Part shown: one piece after another, positions 48,538 through 60,984 of the stretch
Position numbering within the stretch: position 1 is the first letter of the stretch
Layout of the letters: every line of letters starts with the position of its first letter
Assembly (NCBI GenBank): GCA_038087875.1
Contig: CM075997.1
Coordinates: 5,148,001 to 5,212,000, forward strand
DNA length: 64,000 nucleotides
Direction of reading: 5' to 3'
Origin: Malacoraja senta
Taxonomy: Eukaryota
Position numbers and translations under genes: made by a program
Notes under the pieces: model-generated
Databases searched by the model: none
What the model saw: only the letters and a program-made list of their open reading frames with translations
Told to the model about the DNA's origin: nothing

Positions 48538-51500
48538 TTGTAGTGTGGGAGGAAACTGATGATCTTGGAGAAAACCCAAGCAGGTCGCATGGAGAACGTA
48601 CAAACTCTGTACAGGCAACAACTCTACTGCTGCACCACTGTGCTGCCCACATTTGCTGTGCCTTCTAGCCTGGTTTGAAATGTGGCGCTCCAGATAGTGG
48701 CCATCTTGGTTTTCTTCACCTCTGACCTGCCTTCACTTGTGTCTGAATGAGTCTTTGGTTGTAGTTCCTGAAGAGTTGCATTTCTATAGCACCTTTGCCA
48801 AATGCCGACCGCACTTTGTAACCACAGGAGGATGTTTGTGATGAGGTCGCCTGTACAACATCAGCAAGATCCCACAGATGGCTGTCAGATCCACCTGGTT
48901 TTTAACAGGTGATTGGACGGGGCAGTGGTGCAGCAGGTAGTGCTGCTGCCCTCCTAGCTCTGGCCACCATGAACACCAAGATTGTTGAGGGCTTGGACAC
49001 GCTAGATGCGGGAAACGTGTTCCTGATGTTGGGGGAGTCCAGAACCAGGGGCCACAGTTTAAGAATAAAGGGTAAGCCATTTAGAAAGGAGACGAGGAAA
49101 CACTTTTTCTCACAGAGTTGTGAGTCTGTGGAATTCTCTGCCTCAGAGGGCGGTGGAGGCAGGTTCTCTGGATGCTTTCTCGAGAGCTAGATAGGGCTCT
49201 TAAAAATAGCAGTCGGGGGATATGGGGAGAAGGCAGGAACGGGGTACTGATTGGGGATGATCAGCCATGATCACATTGAATGGCGGTGCTGGCTCGAAGG
49301 GCCGAATGGCCTACTCCTGCACCTATTGTCTATTGTCTGTCCAAACTTCCGATACTGTCTGTATGGTGGCACAGCTGGTAGAGCCACTGCCTCGCAGTGC
49401 CCGAAATCCCAGTTCGATCCTGACCTCAGGTGCTGTCTGTGGGGAGTTTGCCCGTTCTCCTTGTGAACGCGTGGGGTTTCCACCAGGTGCTCCGGTTTCC
49501 TCCCACATCCCAACGCCCGAGGGCTGAGGGCGAGATAGGAAGGGGAGGAGACAACAGGGGCTAACAGAATTGGGAGAATTCAATGTTCATGCCCCCAGGC
49601 TGCAGACTCCCCAAGCGGAATATGAGGTGCTGTTCCTCCAATTTCCGGTGCTGCTCGCTCTGGCCATGGAGGAGACCCAGGACAGAGAGGTCGGATACGG
49701 AATGGGAGGGGGAGTTGAAGTGCTGAGCTACCGGGAGGTCAGGTTGGTTAGTGCGGACCAAGCGGAGATGTACTGCGAAACGATCGCCAAGCCTCCGCTT
49801 GGTCTCACAAAGTGCTGGAGTAACTCGATGGGTCAGGCAGCATCTCTGGAAAACATGGACAGGTGACGTTTCTGATCAGCACCCGAAATGTCTGAAGGGT
49901 CCCGACACGAAACATCACCTGTCTATGTTCTCCACAGATGCCGCCTGACCCGCTGTTACTCCAGCCCTTTGTATTCCACCCACGATTCCAGCTTCTGCAG
50001 TTGCTCGTGTCGGCTTCAGTTCTCATTCCATCTCCACTCTCCACTGTCTTGTGGCATTTATGTGTAATTTATGTATAGTTCATGTTTTTGTGTGTGGTCT
50101 GAGTCTGTGTCTGTGATGCTGCTGCAAGCAATATTTCCACCTGTACCTGTGTGTGTGACAATGCGCTCGACTGGGCTTGTTGGACAAGATGTTTCTGGTG
50201 CCGGTCTTGGCTTCTCGAGGGAGTGTCTAGGACCAGAGGTCATGGCCTCAGAATTACAGAACGGAGGTGAGGAGGAACTTTAGTCCGAGGGTGGTGATTC
50301 TGTGGAACTTGTTGCCACAGAGGGCGGTGGAGGCCAAGTCGGTGGATATATTTAAGGCAGAAATAGACAAATTCTTGATCAGAACGAGTGTCAAGGGCTA
50401 TGGGGAGAAAGCAGGAGAATGGGGTTGGGAGGCAGAAATCAGCCATGCTTGAATGGTGGAGTAGGCTTGATGGGCCGAATGGCCTAATTCGATTCTTATA
50501 AGTTGAGCTTGTGGGACGGTCAGCGGTGAGTTGCGTCTGGTGTTGGCCAGGGAGAGGGGATGCAGGGTGAAGCAGGCGAGATTGTATCATAGCGTCCGCT
50601 GTAGTCATAGAGTGATACTGTGTGGAAACAGGCCCTTGGGCCCAACTTGCCCACACCGGCCAATGTCCCAGCTACACTAGTCCCACCTGCCTGCATTTGC
50701 CCCATATCCCACCAAACCTGTCCTATCCATGTACATGTCTAACTGTTTCTTAAATGTTGGGATAGTCCCAGCCTCAACTACCTCCTCTGGCAGCTTGTTC
50801 CATGCCCCACCACCCTTTGTGTGAAATAGTTACCCCCCCCGATTCCTATTAAATCTTTCCCCCTTCACCTTAAACCTATGTCCTCTGGTTCTTGATTTCC
50901 CCTAGTCTCTGTGCATGTACCCGATCTATTCCTCTCATGATGTTATATTCCTCTGAGTTCTCGCCTGCTCAACCTCTCCCTGCAGTTCTGCCCCTCGAGT
51001 CATGGCAACATCCTCGTAAATCTTCTCTGCACCCTTTCTGGCTTGACAACATCTTTCCTGTAATATGGTGCCCAGAACTGAACACAATACTGTAAATGCG
51101 ACCTCACCAACGTCTTGTACAACTGCAACGTGACCTCCCAACTTGTCAATGCTTCGACTGATGAAGGCCAAAAGCCTTTTTGACCACCCGATCTACCTGT
51201 GATGCCACTTTCAGAATGATGTACCTGTCCTCCTAGATCCCTTTGCTCCACAACACTCCCCAGAGCCCGACCATTCACTGTGTAGGTCCTGACCATGTTA
51301 GTGTCCCCAAAATGCAGCACCTCACATTTCTCTGTTCTCGCTGAGCCTGAAAGTGAGAGCCAGCTGAGTTGGAACATATAAAATTCTTATAGGATTGGAC
51401 AGGCTAGATGCAGGAAAAATGTTCCCGATGTTGTGGGAGTCCAGAACCAGGGGTCACAGTTTAAGAATAAAGGGTAGGCCATTTAGGACTGAGATGAGGA

Positions 51501-52641
51501 AACACTTTTTCAACCAAGAGCTGCGGAATCCTCTGCCCCAGAAGTGGAGGCCAATTCACTGGATGTTTTCAAGAGAGTTAGATTTAGCTCTTGGGGCTAA
51601 CGGAATCAAGGGATATGGGGAGAAAGCAGGAACGGGGTACTGATTCTGGATGATCAGCTGTGATCATATTGAATGGTGGTGCTGGCTCGAAGGGCTGAGT
51701 GGCCTACTGCACCTATTTTTCTGTGTTGTATGTTTCTATGGGACAGTATGAATGGCTGAGAGCTTGCACTTTGGGGCAGTTTGGCACTGCAGCAGGGTGA
51801 CACAACTTGGAACTACAGATGCTGGTTTCCAAAAATGGACACAAAATGCTGGAGTTGCGTTGCGGGTCAGGCAGCATTTCTGGAACTCCCCCACCCGCGT
51901 CATCGTACACAGTCTGTATAACTCGTTACCACCTACCCCACAGCCAACAATGAACCATTGTGGGCTCTGCCTTTCCTTGATCATTGTTACTTTGTTGCAT
52001 ATCTTTCATTCATCTGTTCTATATCTCTCCACATCACCGTCTATATCTCTCTTTTCCCTCCCCCCCCGACTCTCAGTCTGAAGAAGGGTCTCGACACGAA
52101 ACGTCACCTACAGTATTCCTTCTATCTAGAGATACTGCCTGACCTGCTGAGTTACTCCAGCTTTTTGTGCCTGTCAGAGGCTGGGCAATCTGTGGCAACT
52201 CTGTACAGCCAGCACCCGTAGTCGGGATAGAACCTGGATCTGTGGCACTGTAAGGTAGCAACTCTACCGCTGCGCCACCGTGCCGCCCTTCAGTGTTCGG
52301 GAAGCTTCCTTAGTGCTCCTTACCACCCCGACACCCAATCCACCGCCATGCACGTTGGCCCGCTCCCTTGCCGCTGCACCACGCCTGCATTATGTGCCAT
52401 TCACAAAACACATGCACTTACCCATCCAGGCGGCTCCCAACAGCATCAGCCACACCTGTGACATCTTCATAAGTTCTAGGAGCAGAATTAGGCCATTCGG
52501 CCCATCAAGTCTACTTCAGCATTCAATCAAGGCTGATCTATCTCTCCCTCTCAACCCCATTCTCCTGCCCTCTCCCCCTAACCCCTGACGCTTGTACTAG
52601 TCAAGAATCTGTCAATCTCTACCTTAAACATCCATTGACTA

Positions 52642-53254
52642 AAGGGCCTGTCCCACTTGGCCGTCATTTACTCGACAGGCCGGTAGTGACTGTCGCGCGA
52701 GTCATCATGCGTCCGCACAGCCGTCTGGAGCGCGTGACGTCATTTGAAGATGGACACAAAATGCTGGAGTAACTCAGCGGGACTGGCAGCATCTCTGGAG
52801 AGAAGGAATGGATGAGGTTTTGGGTCGAGACACTTCAGACTGAAGAAGGGTCTCGACCCGAAACGTCACCCATTGCTTCTCTCCAGAGATGCTGCCAGTC
52901 CCACTGAGTTACTCCAGCATTTTGTGTTATCTCCAATCGTCTTGGCCCCACCCTGGGAGTAGGAGTGGGGGCGGATCCGGATCCGCAACGGCCGTGAGCC
53001 CCAGGCCGAGCTCGGCGATCGCTTGACTGCTTCTGCTGCTGTTGGAGGTGAGACGTTGCACAGGGTCTTGGGCCTGTCCCACTTTGGCCGTCAGTTACGC
53101 AACAGGCCGGTTGCGCGCGAAGATTTTGTGCAGGACGAAGTCCACACTCCTCCACGCCACTCCATGCGCCCGTCCCGCGCTACCCACATGATACCCACGC
53201 GCTACCCGGTCGCGTCAACGGCGCGCGAATGACGGCCAAGTGGGACAGGCCCTT
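52642..53254. mobile_element. MITE with perfect 27-bp TIRs and TA flanks; composite interior
   Basis: AAGGGCCTGTCCCACTTGGCCGTCATT ... AATGACGGCCAAGTGGGACAGGCCCTT with TA on both sides; a second left-end copy at 53070; Penelope palindrome at 52754-52927 inside. Confidence 0.85.
52840..52867 (+). ncRNA. Minimal hammerhead ribozyme core, GUC-triplet subfamily
   Basis: CTGAAGA-A-GGGT-CTCG-ACCC-GAAAC-GTC; palindromic ACGT in place of stem III. Confidence 0.65.
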
Positions 53255-56200
53255 TAGCCTCCGCAGCCTGAGACGTCCACAGTGTACAGATACACGATAA
53301 AGGGAAAACATGAACATTTCCGCTTAAATACTGTCCCCATTTGCAAAGGAGTGTTGGTGAAACAGATGATAGTTTGGACTAGCATGGGCAATGTGGGCCG
53401 AAGAGCCTGGTCCTGTGGTGAACTGTGCGTCTTGGCATCATGTTTGGCACGGGCATTGTGGGCCGAATGGCCTGTACTGTGCTGTTCTATGTTCTATGCC
53501 AGCTCTGTGCCAGGGGCCACAGCGTGCATGGCCCAATGTTGGGTTATTAATGGCACCGGTGCCCACAGCTGTAAGCTGAGTTTCCAGGGGCAGTGACGTG
53601 TGCCGAGCACAGGGTTTCATTTCCTCTCAGCTACGTCCCTGCTCAGCTTGAAATTGAAGCGTCCGCCTTGCAAAGTAGTGTAGGTGGAGCAGTGACAGGC
53701 TTGTTGTTGTGGGTCCGCTGTCAGGAAGCGGAAGGAAGTGCCGTTGTCACGTGACGCAGACAGGATTTACACAAGTGCATTGAGAAAGTACCCGGGTCAC
53801 AGCGAGAAGTTGCCACACTGAGCTTCAGTTTAGTTTAGTTTAGGGATACAGTACAGAAACAGGCCATTCGGCCCACTGAGACCGCACCGACCCATGCACA
53901 ATAACACTACCCGACGCACACTCGGGACAATTTTACATGTACACCAAGCCAATTAACCTACAAACCTGCGGGAGGCAGCCGGAGAAAACCCACGCAGGTC
54001 ATGAGGAGAACGTGCAAACTCCGCACAGACAGCACCCGTGGTCAGGATTGAACCTGGGTCTCTGGCGCTGTGAGGCAGCAGCTAATGAACTGCTTGCCGC
54101 TGCTGGCGCTGACGATGGCTGCCACGGTGTACTGCTCAGCTAATGAACAGGCACAGGTACTGTTGCATCAGCGTACTGCCCAATTAAACGACAATCTTGC
54201 TACAGAGCTGCGGAATGTTGACAACATTCACGAAAAGAATGCTGGCAACATTAGGCGGATCATAGACATAGACATAGAAAATAGGCGCAGGAGGAGGCCA
54301 TTCATTGTGATCATGGCTGATCGACCCCAATCAATAACCCGTGCCTGCCTTCTCCCCATATCCCTTGAATCCACTAGCCCTAGAGCTCTATCTAACTCTC
54401 TCTTAAATCCATCCAGTGATTTGGCCTCCACTGCCCTCTGTGGCAGGGAATTCCACAGATTCACAACTCTCTGGGTGAAAAAGTTTTTCTTAAATGGCCT
54501 CCCCTTTATTCTAAGACTGTGGCCCCTGGTTCTGGACTCGCCCAACTTTGGGAACATTTTTCCTGCATCTAGCTTGTCCAGTCCTTTTATAATTTTATGT
54601 TTCTATAAAACTCCCCCTCATCCTTAAGGCAGCATCTGTGTTAATGTTTCCAGTCAATGTCCCTTCATCCGAACTAGGAAGCCATTTTGTAGGAAGGACT
54701 GGGCAGGACAAAGGGAATATCCCTGATAGGGTGCGGCCATGGTTGCCATGGTGAGAAGTTGTTGGAGCCATTTGATGTATTTGGTCATTTTCAGAGTGGT
54801 GTTAAAGTTATTGAAGTGACAACAGGAATGGTGGGTGTTAGCATGGAATAAACCATGGGATTAGCATTTTGGGAGCACTAACGTGGGCAGAACCTACACA
54901 GTGAATGGTAGGGCTCTGGAGAGTGTTGCAGAGTAGAGGGATCTAGGAGTACAGCTACATGGTGCCTTGAGTGGCATTACAAGTAGATGGGGTGGTCAAA
55001 AAGGCTTGGAGATACAGCACGGAAACAGGCCCTTCGGCCCACAGTGACAGCACCGACCAGTAATCCCCGCACACTAACACTCGGGGCAATTTACATTTAC
55101 GCCAGGCCAATTCACCTACAAACCTGTACGTTTTTGGAGTGTGGGAGGAAACCGGAGATCTCGGAGAAAATTCGCGCTGTCACGGGGAGAACGTACAAAC
55201 TCCGTACAGACAGCGCCCGTAGTCGGGATTGAACCCGGGTCTCTGGCGCTGTGAGGCAGCAACTCTACCGCTGCGTCACTGTCCAGAACGCACGGCCCAG
55301 AGCGCTGATGGTGACGGGGCCGCTGGGGTTAAACGTTGCTCGTGGTGGTCCTCCCCTCCACTACCTGCCTCATCACTATCTCCTCACCCTTGCCATAGAC
55401 CTCTGGAACTTTCCCTCTCCCCCCCCCCCCCCCTATCAGAAGCCCAGCCCCCTCCAACACAACATGTCAGAGAGACTCCCAACATAGACACAAATTGCTG
55501 GAGAAACCCGTTTGGCCAACGTCTTGGAGGCTGTTTAATACGTTGTGTAAGTTGCAATTGACTGCAAAATGGGAGCTGATCAAATATTGACCTGAGAGAA
55601 GGAAGGTTTACCCAGAGCCTTAGGCACAAAGCTGGAGTAACTCAGCGGGTCGGGCAGCATCTCTGGAGAGAAGGAATGGGTGACATTTTGGGTCGAGACC
55701 CTTCTTCAGGCTCCCATCTGGGCTGGAGGAACAGCACCTCGTATTCCACTTGGGCAGCTTACAACCCCAAGATATGAACATTGAATTCTCCAATTGTAGG
55801 TTTACGAACGACAAATCCCAATACCCCAACAAAAACTTCCCCATCTCCCCCCCGCCCTGCTTCTCTCTTCAGAGTCCGAAGAAAGGTTTCAGCCCGAAAC
55901 GTTGCCTATTTCCTTCGTTCCATAGATGCTGCCTCACCCGCTGAGTTTCTCCAGCACTTTTGTCTACCTTCTCTCTTTCCTCTTCCCCTCAACGCCCCCC
56001 CTCCCTTCCTCCCCCACCCGCCCCCCCCCATACCCTCCTACCGATATTCCTTCCTCCAGCTTCACATTTCTCCACTATCTGTATCTCCCCAGCTCACAAT
56101 TTTTGTCTCTTCATCTCTGGTCTTTGTCCACCCATCTGCCTATCAACCCCTACCTCGCCTGCATCCACGTATCATTTGCCATCTTTGTCCTGCCCTCCCC

Positions 56201-57114
56201 TCTCCGTCAGCTTTCTAACCCCCCCCGCCACCTCAATCTGTGTAGAGTCCCGACCTGAAATGTTGCCTGTACATTCCCACCAGAGATGCCTCACCCGCTG
56301 GGTTACTCCAGCGATCTCCGTACACAAGCACTATCCTACAGACCAGGGACAGCTTGCAATTTTTGCTGAAGCCAATTAACCTACAAACTTGTACGTCTTT
56401 GGAGTGTGGGAGGAAACCGGAGCACCCGGAGAAACCCCACTCGGGTCACGGGAGAACGTACAAACTCCCTACAGTCAGCACCCGAAGTTGGGATTGAACC
56501 AGGGTCTCTGGCGCTGTGAGGCAGCAACTCTACCGCTGTACCACCGAGCCAGCCCGTGTGTGTGGGGTATATTTTGCCTTTTACTTCCTCTCTCGAAGGG
56601 ACGAAGGGTTGGAGTTAGTTGTAAGTGTATTTGGGGCCTACTCAGGAAGGATAACACATACGGAGGCTTTTGGGGAGGTTGCAAAGGAAGTTTACCAAAA
56701 TGATCTCGGATTATAGGATATTACAGGACATAGGGTTAAGGTGAGGGGGGAAAGATTTAAGAGGGATCTGAGAGGTAACATTTTCACACAGAGTGGTGAG
56801 TGTATGGAACAAGCTGTCAGAGGAGGTAGTTGAGGCTGGGACTATCCCAACGTTTGAGAAGCAATTAGATACATGGATAGGACAGGTTGGGCGGGGTATG
56901 GACCAAGCGTTGGCAGGTGGGACTAGTGTAGCTGGGACATGTTGGCTGGTGTGGGCAAGTTGGGCCGAAAGGCCTGTTTCCACACTGTATCACTCTATGA
57001 CTCTATGTTAGCTGTAAGGAGTTGGACAAACTTGGATTGTTTTCCTTTGACCGTGGGAGGCTTTAGAAAGATCTAGCAGCAGTGACTCGGTGTTCCTCTC
57101 TCCTCTCTCCCCAG

Positions 57115-57371
57115 GCTAAGCTGCAGGGGGGAGTTTGCTCCCTCGAGCTCTCGTCTGTCTCTGATGTTGCCGGCCTGCTGAAGCAGTTCTTCCGCGAGTT
57201 GCCGGAGCCGGTTGTTCCGGCCGCACTCCACGGGCCCCTGTGCCAGGCCCAGCGCCTGTGGGCAGAGGAGGAGCGGAGTGCTGTCACCATCCTGCTGACC
57301 TGCCTCATGCCCAGTGCCAGCATGGGCACCCTGAGGTACCTCCTCTCCTTCCTCCAGACCGTGGCTGCCAG
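57115..57371 (+). CDS. ARHGAP11-like: Rho GTPase-activating protein 11-like, internal RhoGAP exon
   Basis: ctccccag|GCT...GCCAG|gtacga; 257 nt; [32 protein letters not shown]...LRYLLSFLQTVAAR closely matches ARHGAP11A [32 protein letters not shown]...LRYFFNFLRNVSLR. Confidence 0.88.
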
Positions 57372-57538
57372 GTACGACACCCCTCCCTCCTGTCTGACTG
57401 CCCGAGGGGCTGGGCACCTCAGCAAGGTCCTTCCTCAGGGCAGCACGGTGGTGCAGCGGTAGAGTTGCTGCCTCACAGTGATTACAGTACCAGAGATCCA
57501 GGTTCGATCCCGACTACGGGTGCTGTCTGTACTGAGTT

Positions 57539-57566
57539 CTGAAGAAGGGTTTCGGCCCGAAACGTT
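57539..57566 (+). ncRNA. Minimal type I hammerhead ribozyme core (Penelope-associated)
   Basis: CTGAAGA-A-GGGT-TTCG-GCCC-GAAAC-GTT. Other intact cores at 21651-21678(+), 52840-52867(+), 20013-20040(-) and 25002-25029(-). Stem I pairing is weak and activity is untested. Confidence 0.65.
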
Positions 57567-60500
57567 GCCTATTTCCTTCACTCCATGGATGCTGCCGCAC
57601 CTGCTGAGTTTCTCCAGCAATTTTGTCTACCCTGAGTTTATATTTTCTCCCCATGACCTGCGTGGGTTTTCTCCGAGATCTCCGGTTTCCTCCCACACTC
57701 CAAAGATGTACAGGTTTGTAGGTTAATTGGTATAAATATAAATTGTCCCTAGTGTGTGTAGGATGGTAATGTGCAGGGATCGCTGGTCGGTGCGGTCTTG
57801 GTGGGCCGAAGGGCCTGTTTCCGTGCTGTTTCTCTAAACTAAACCAAGGTCACATTTATGATTGAAGATAGACACAAAAAGCTGGAGTAACTCAGCGGGA
57901 CAGGCAGCACCTCTGGAGAGAAGGGATGGGTGATGTTTCGGTTCGAGACCCTTCTTCACTCTCCGGTTTATCATTTATCTTTGGTGTAAACCAGCATCTG
58001 CAGTTCCTTCCTGCATGTTTACTGCTGCCATTTAAGCTGAGCTGCAGTGAAAAATGTTGTTTTATATTTAGTTTAGAAATATAATGTGTAAAGTATATCT
58101 GATCTGTTTGGCTACCATGCAAAGCTTTTCACTGTACCTCGATACACGTGACAACTTAAAGTCGAAACCTAAATCAGACAATACGATACATAAACAGTCA
58201 AGACAAACTCAAGTACTATAGGTAGAGCAAAGGGGAAGGTACAGAGTGCAGAATATAGTTATCAGCATTGTAGCGCATCAGTTCCACAGACAAAGTCCAA
58301 TGTCCGCAGTGGGGTAGAGGTGAATTGGACAGTACCCTGGCTAATGGAAGGACCGTTCAGAAGCCTGATAACAGAGGGGAAGAAGCTGTTCCTGAGTCTG
58401 GTGGTGCGTGCTTTCAAGCTTCTGTACCTTCTGCCGGACGGGAGCGGGGAAACTACCTCGGTGGGACAAGTCTTTGATTGCGTTAAGTATTTAACCAAAA
58501 CAATTTTATGTGGCATCATGAGGAGTCGAAAATCACTGTCTAAGCTGAGGAGCCCGGCTTGCAAGGATAAAGTTGGATAGCTCACAGTTGGGTGAGAGAA
58601 AACAGCCTCGTATAGGAAGGATAACACAGACTTTGGAGAGGGTGCAGATTTACCAAAATGCCCCTGGATTACAAGATATTAGCTACAGAGGGAGATTGGA
58701 CAAACTTGGATCATAATGCTGGAGGCCAAGGCAAGATCTGATAGCAGTGTATAGAATTATGAGGGATGTAGATGTGGTAGACAGTCAGACCCTTTTCCCC
58801 CACCATGCAAATATCAAAGACTTGGCCTTAACATGAGATGGGAAAAGTTTGGAGGAGATGAGCGGGGCAAGTTTTTGTTACACAGAGGGTGGTGGGTGCT
58901 TTGGGTGGTGGTGGCAGATATGATAGTGGCCTTCAAGAGGTTTTAAGAGGAGTTTGTCGGGACTCGATGGGAGAGTTTGGGCAGGCTCGGACTTTATTCC
59001 TTGGAGTGCAGGAGGCTGAGGGAAGATCCTCTCGAGGTGTATAAAATCAGGGGAATAGATCGGGTGAATGCCCAGGGTAGGTGAATCAAAAACCAGCTGG
59101 TTTGCGTTTAAGGTGTGAGGGGGAAGATTTAATGCAACCTAAGGAGCGATATCTTTACAGGGAGGGTGGTGGGTAAATGGAACGAGCTGCCAGAGGAGAT
59201 AGTTAACGCAGGTAATATTACAACATTTAAGACACTTGGACAGGTACATGGATAGGAAATGTTTGAGGGATGTGGACCGAATGCAGGCAAATGGGACTAT
59301 TGTAGATGGGGGCATCTTGGTTAGCATGGACTAGTTGGGCCAAAGAGCCTGTTTGGTTTAATTAGTTTAGAGAGATAGTGTGGAAACGCGCCCTTGGTCC
59401 TCACCGACCAGCGATCCCCGCATATTTACACAATCTTACACACACCAAGAACAATTTACATTTACACCAAGCCAATTTACCTACACACCTGTACGTCTTT
59501 GGAGTGTGGGAGAAAATCAAAGATCACAGAGAAAACCCACGCAGGTCATGGGGAGAATGTACAAACTCCGTACAGACAGCACCCGTAGTCGGGATCGAAC
59601 CTGGGTCTCCGACGCTGCAAGGCAGCAACTCTACTGCTGTGCTGCCCACTGTTTGACTCTAGATGGGCACATGAATATGGAGGGATAGAGGTGACATGCG
59701 GGCAGAGATTAGATTAACCAGGTGTCGTATTCAGCACAGACATTGTGGGCCGAAGGGCCTGTTCCTGTGCTGTTTTGTGTTCCATGCAGGTTGGTCTGAG
59801 CTGGGCTGGTTGGTGACTTGATTACAAGCTGAGTGTTGGCCATTCACTCAGAGCACTGCAGTGTGGGGAGGGGTAGTGTCGCTGAGGATGTCACTGTCTT
59901 CAGAGGTTGGGTGAAGATCACACTGACCCACTGGGATGTTGTCAGTCTTGTGGTGCGAGCTTTCCAAAGTTGCTGCCACAAACACTGGAAATGCTCAGTG
60001 GGTCAGTCAGCATCTGAGGAGAGAGGTGTAGGGAGAACCTAGGATCAAGGTGAAGGGGAAAAGATTTAATGGGAATCTGAGGGGTAACTTTTTCACACAA
60101 CGGGTGGTGGGTGTATGGAACCGAGGAGGGAGTTTTGGCTGGGATTATTCCAATGTTTAAGGAAGAGTTAGACAAGAACATGGATAGGATAGGTTTAGAG
60201 GGATATGGACCAAACGTGGGCAGGTAGGACTAGCGTAGCTGGGACATGTTGGCCGGTGTGGGTAAGTTGGACCGAAGGGCCTGTTTCCACACTCTATCAT
60301 GACTCCAGGAAGGAACTGCGGATGCTGGTTTAAACCGAAGATAGACACAAGATGCTGGAGTAACTCAGCGGGACAGGAAGCATCTCTGGAGAGAAGGAAT
60401 GGGTAATGTTTCGGGACTGAATAAGGGTCTTGATCTGAAAACGCCACCCATTCCTTCTCCCCAGAGATGCTGCCTGTCCCACCGAGTTACTCTGGCCTTT

Positions 60501-60820
60501 TGTGTGTATCTTCAATGTAGACTGGACATGCACCTGTCCCTCTCTGCCTGGGCCCCGTTATGTGCGAGTTTGTGCGTGAGGGCCACTGATAGACAGAGTT
60601 AAGGGGACCATGTGTGGATTTGCTGTGCTTGAAGATAGCGGAGTCAGGGGATATGGAGAGAAGGCAGGAACGGGGTACTGATTGGGGATGATCAGCCATG
60701 ATCACATTGAATGACGGTGCTGGCTCGAAGGGCCGAATGGCCTACTCCTGCAACTATTGTCTATTGTCTATTGTCTAATGGGCCATGGTGGCTGCACATG
60801 ACTGCCGTCTCCTCATTTAG

Positions 60821-60984
60821 ATCAACGGAGAATAAGATGGGGATCCAGAACCTGGCAGTGGTCTTCACTCCCAACCTGTTCCAGCTCCCTGCGGAGTGTG
60901 GCGGGCCAGCGGGAAGGATCCGGGAAGACCTCCCACTGCTGACCCTCACCACGGAGACCCTCATCGCTCGGGCCCAGAGCATCG
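60821..60984 (+). CDS. ARHGAP11-like: ARHGAP11-like next RhoGAP exon
   Basis: catttag|A TCA...ATC G|gtgagt; 164 nt; phase-2 join with the previous exon; STENKMGIQNLAVVFTPNLFQ...TETLIARAQSIG (cf. [21 protein letters not shown]...QTLIDYASDIG). Confidence 0.88.

Noticed and set aside
48674..48709. TTTGAA (CHR-like) plus GCCATCTTGG (YY1-like) motifs
   Set aside because: Short motifs expected by chance, with no CpG island or downstream exon to support a promoter.
52422..52455. Minus-strand AG...GG|GTAAGT mini-exon candidate
   Set aside because: Only about 34 nt, weak pyrimidine tract, and no gene context on that strand.
54070..54627. 185-aa ORF with a signal-peptide-like start
   Set aside because: It starts in a SINE and runs into antisense CR1; the middle has no recognisable homology.
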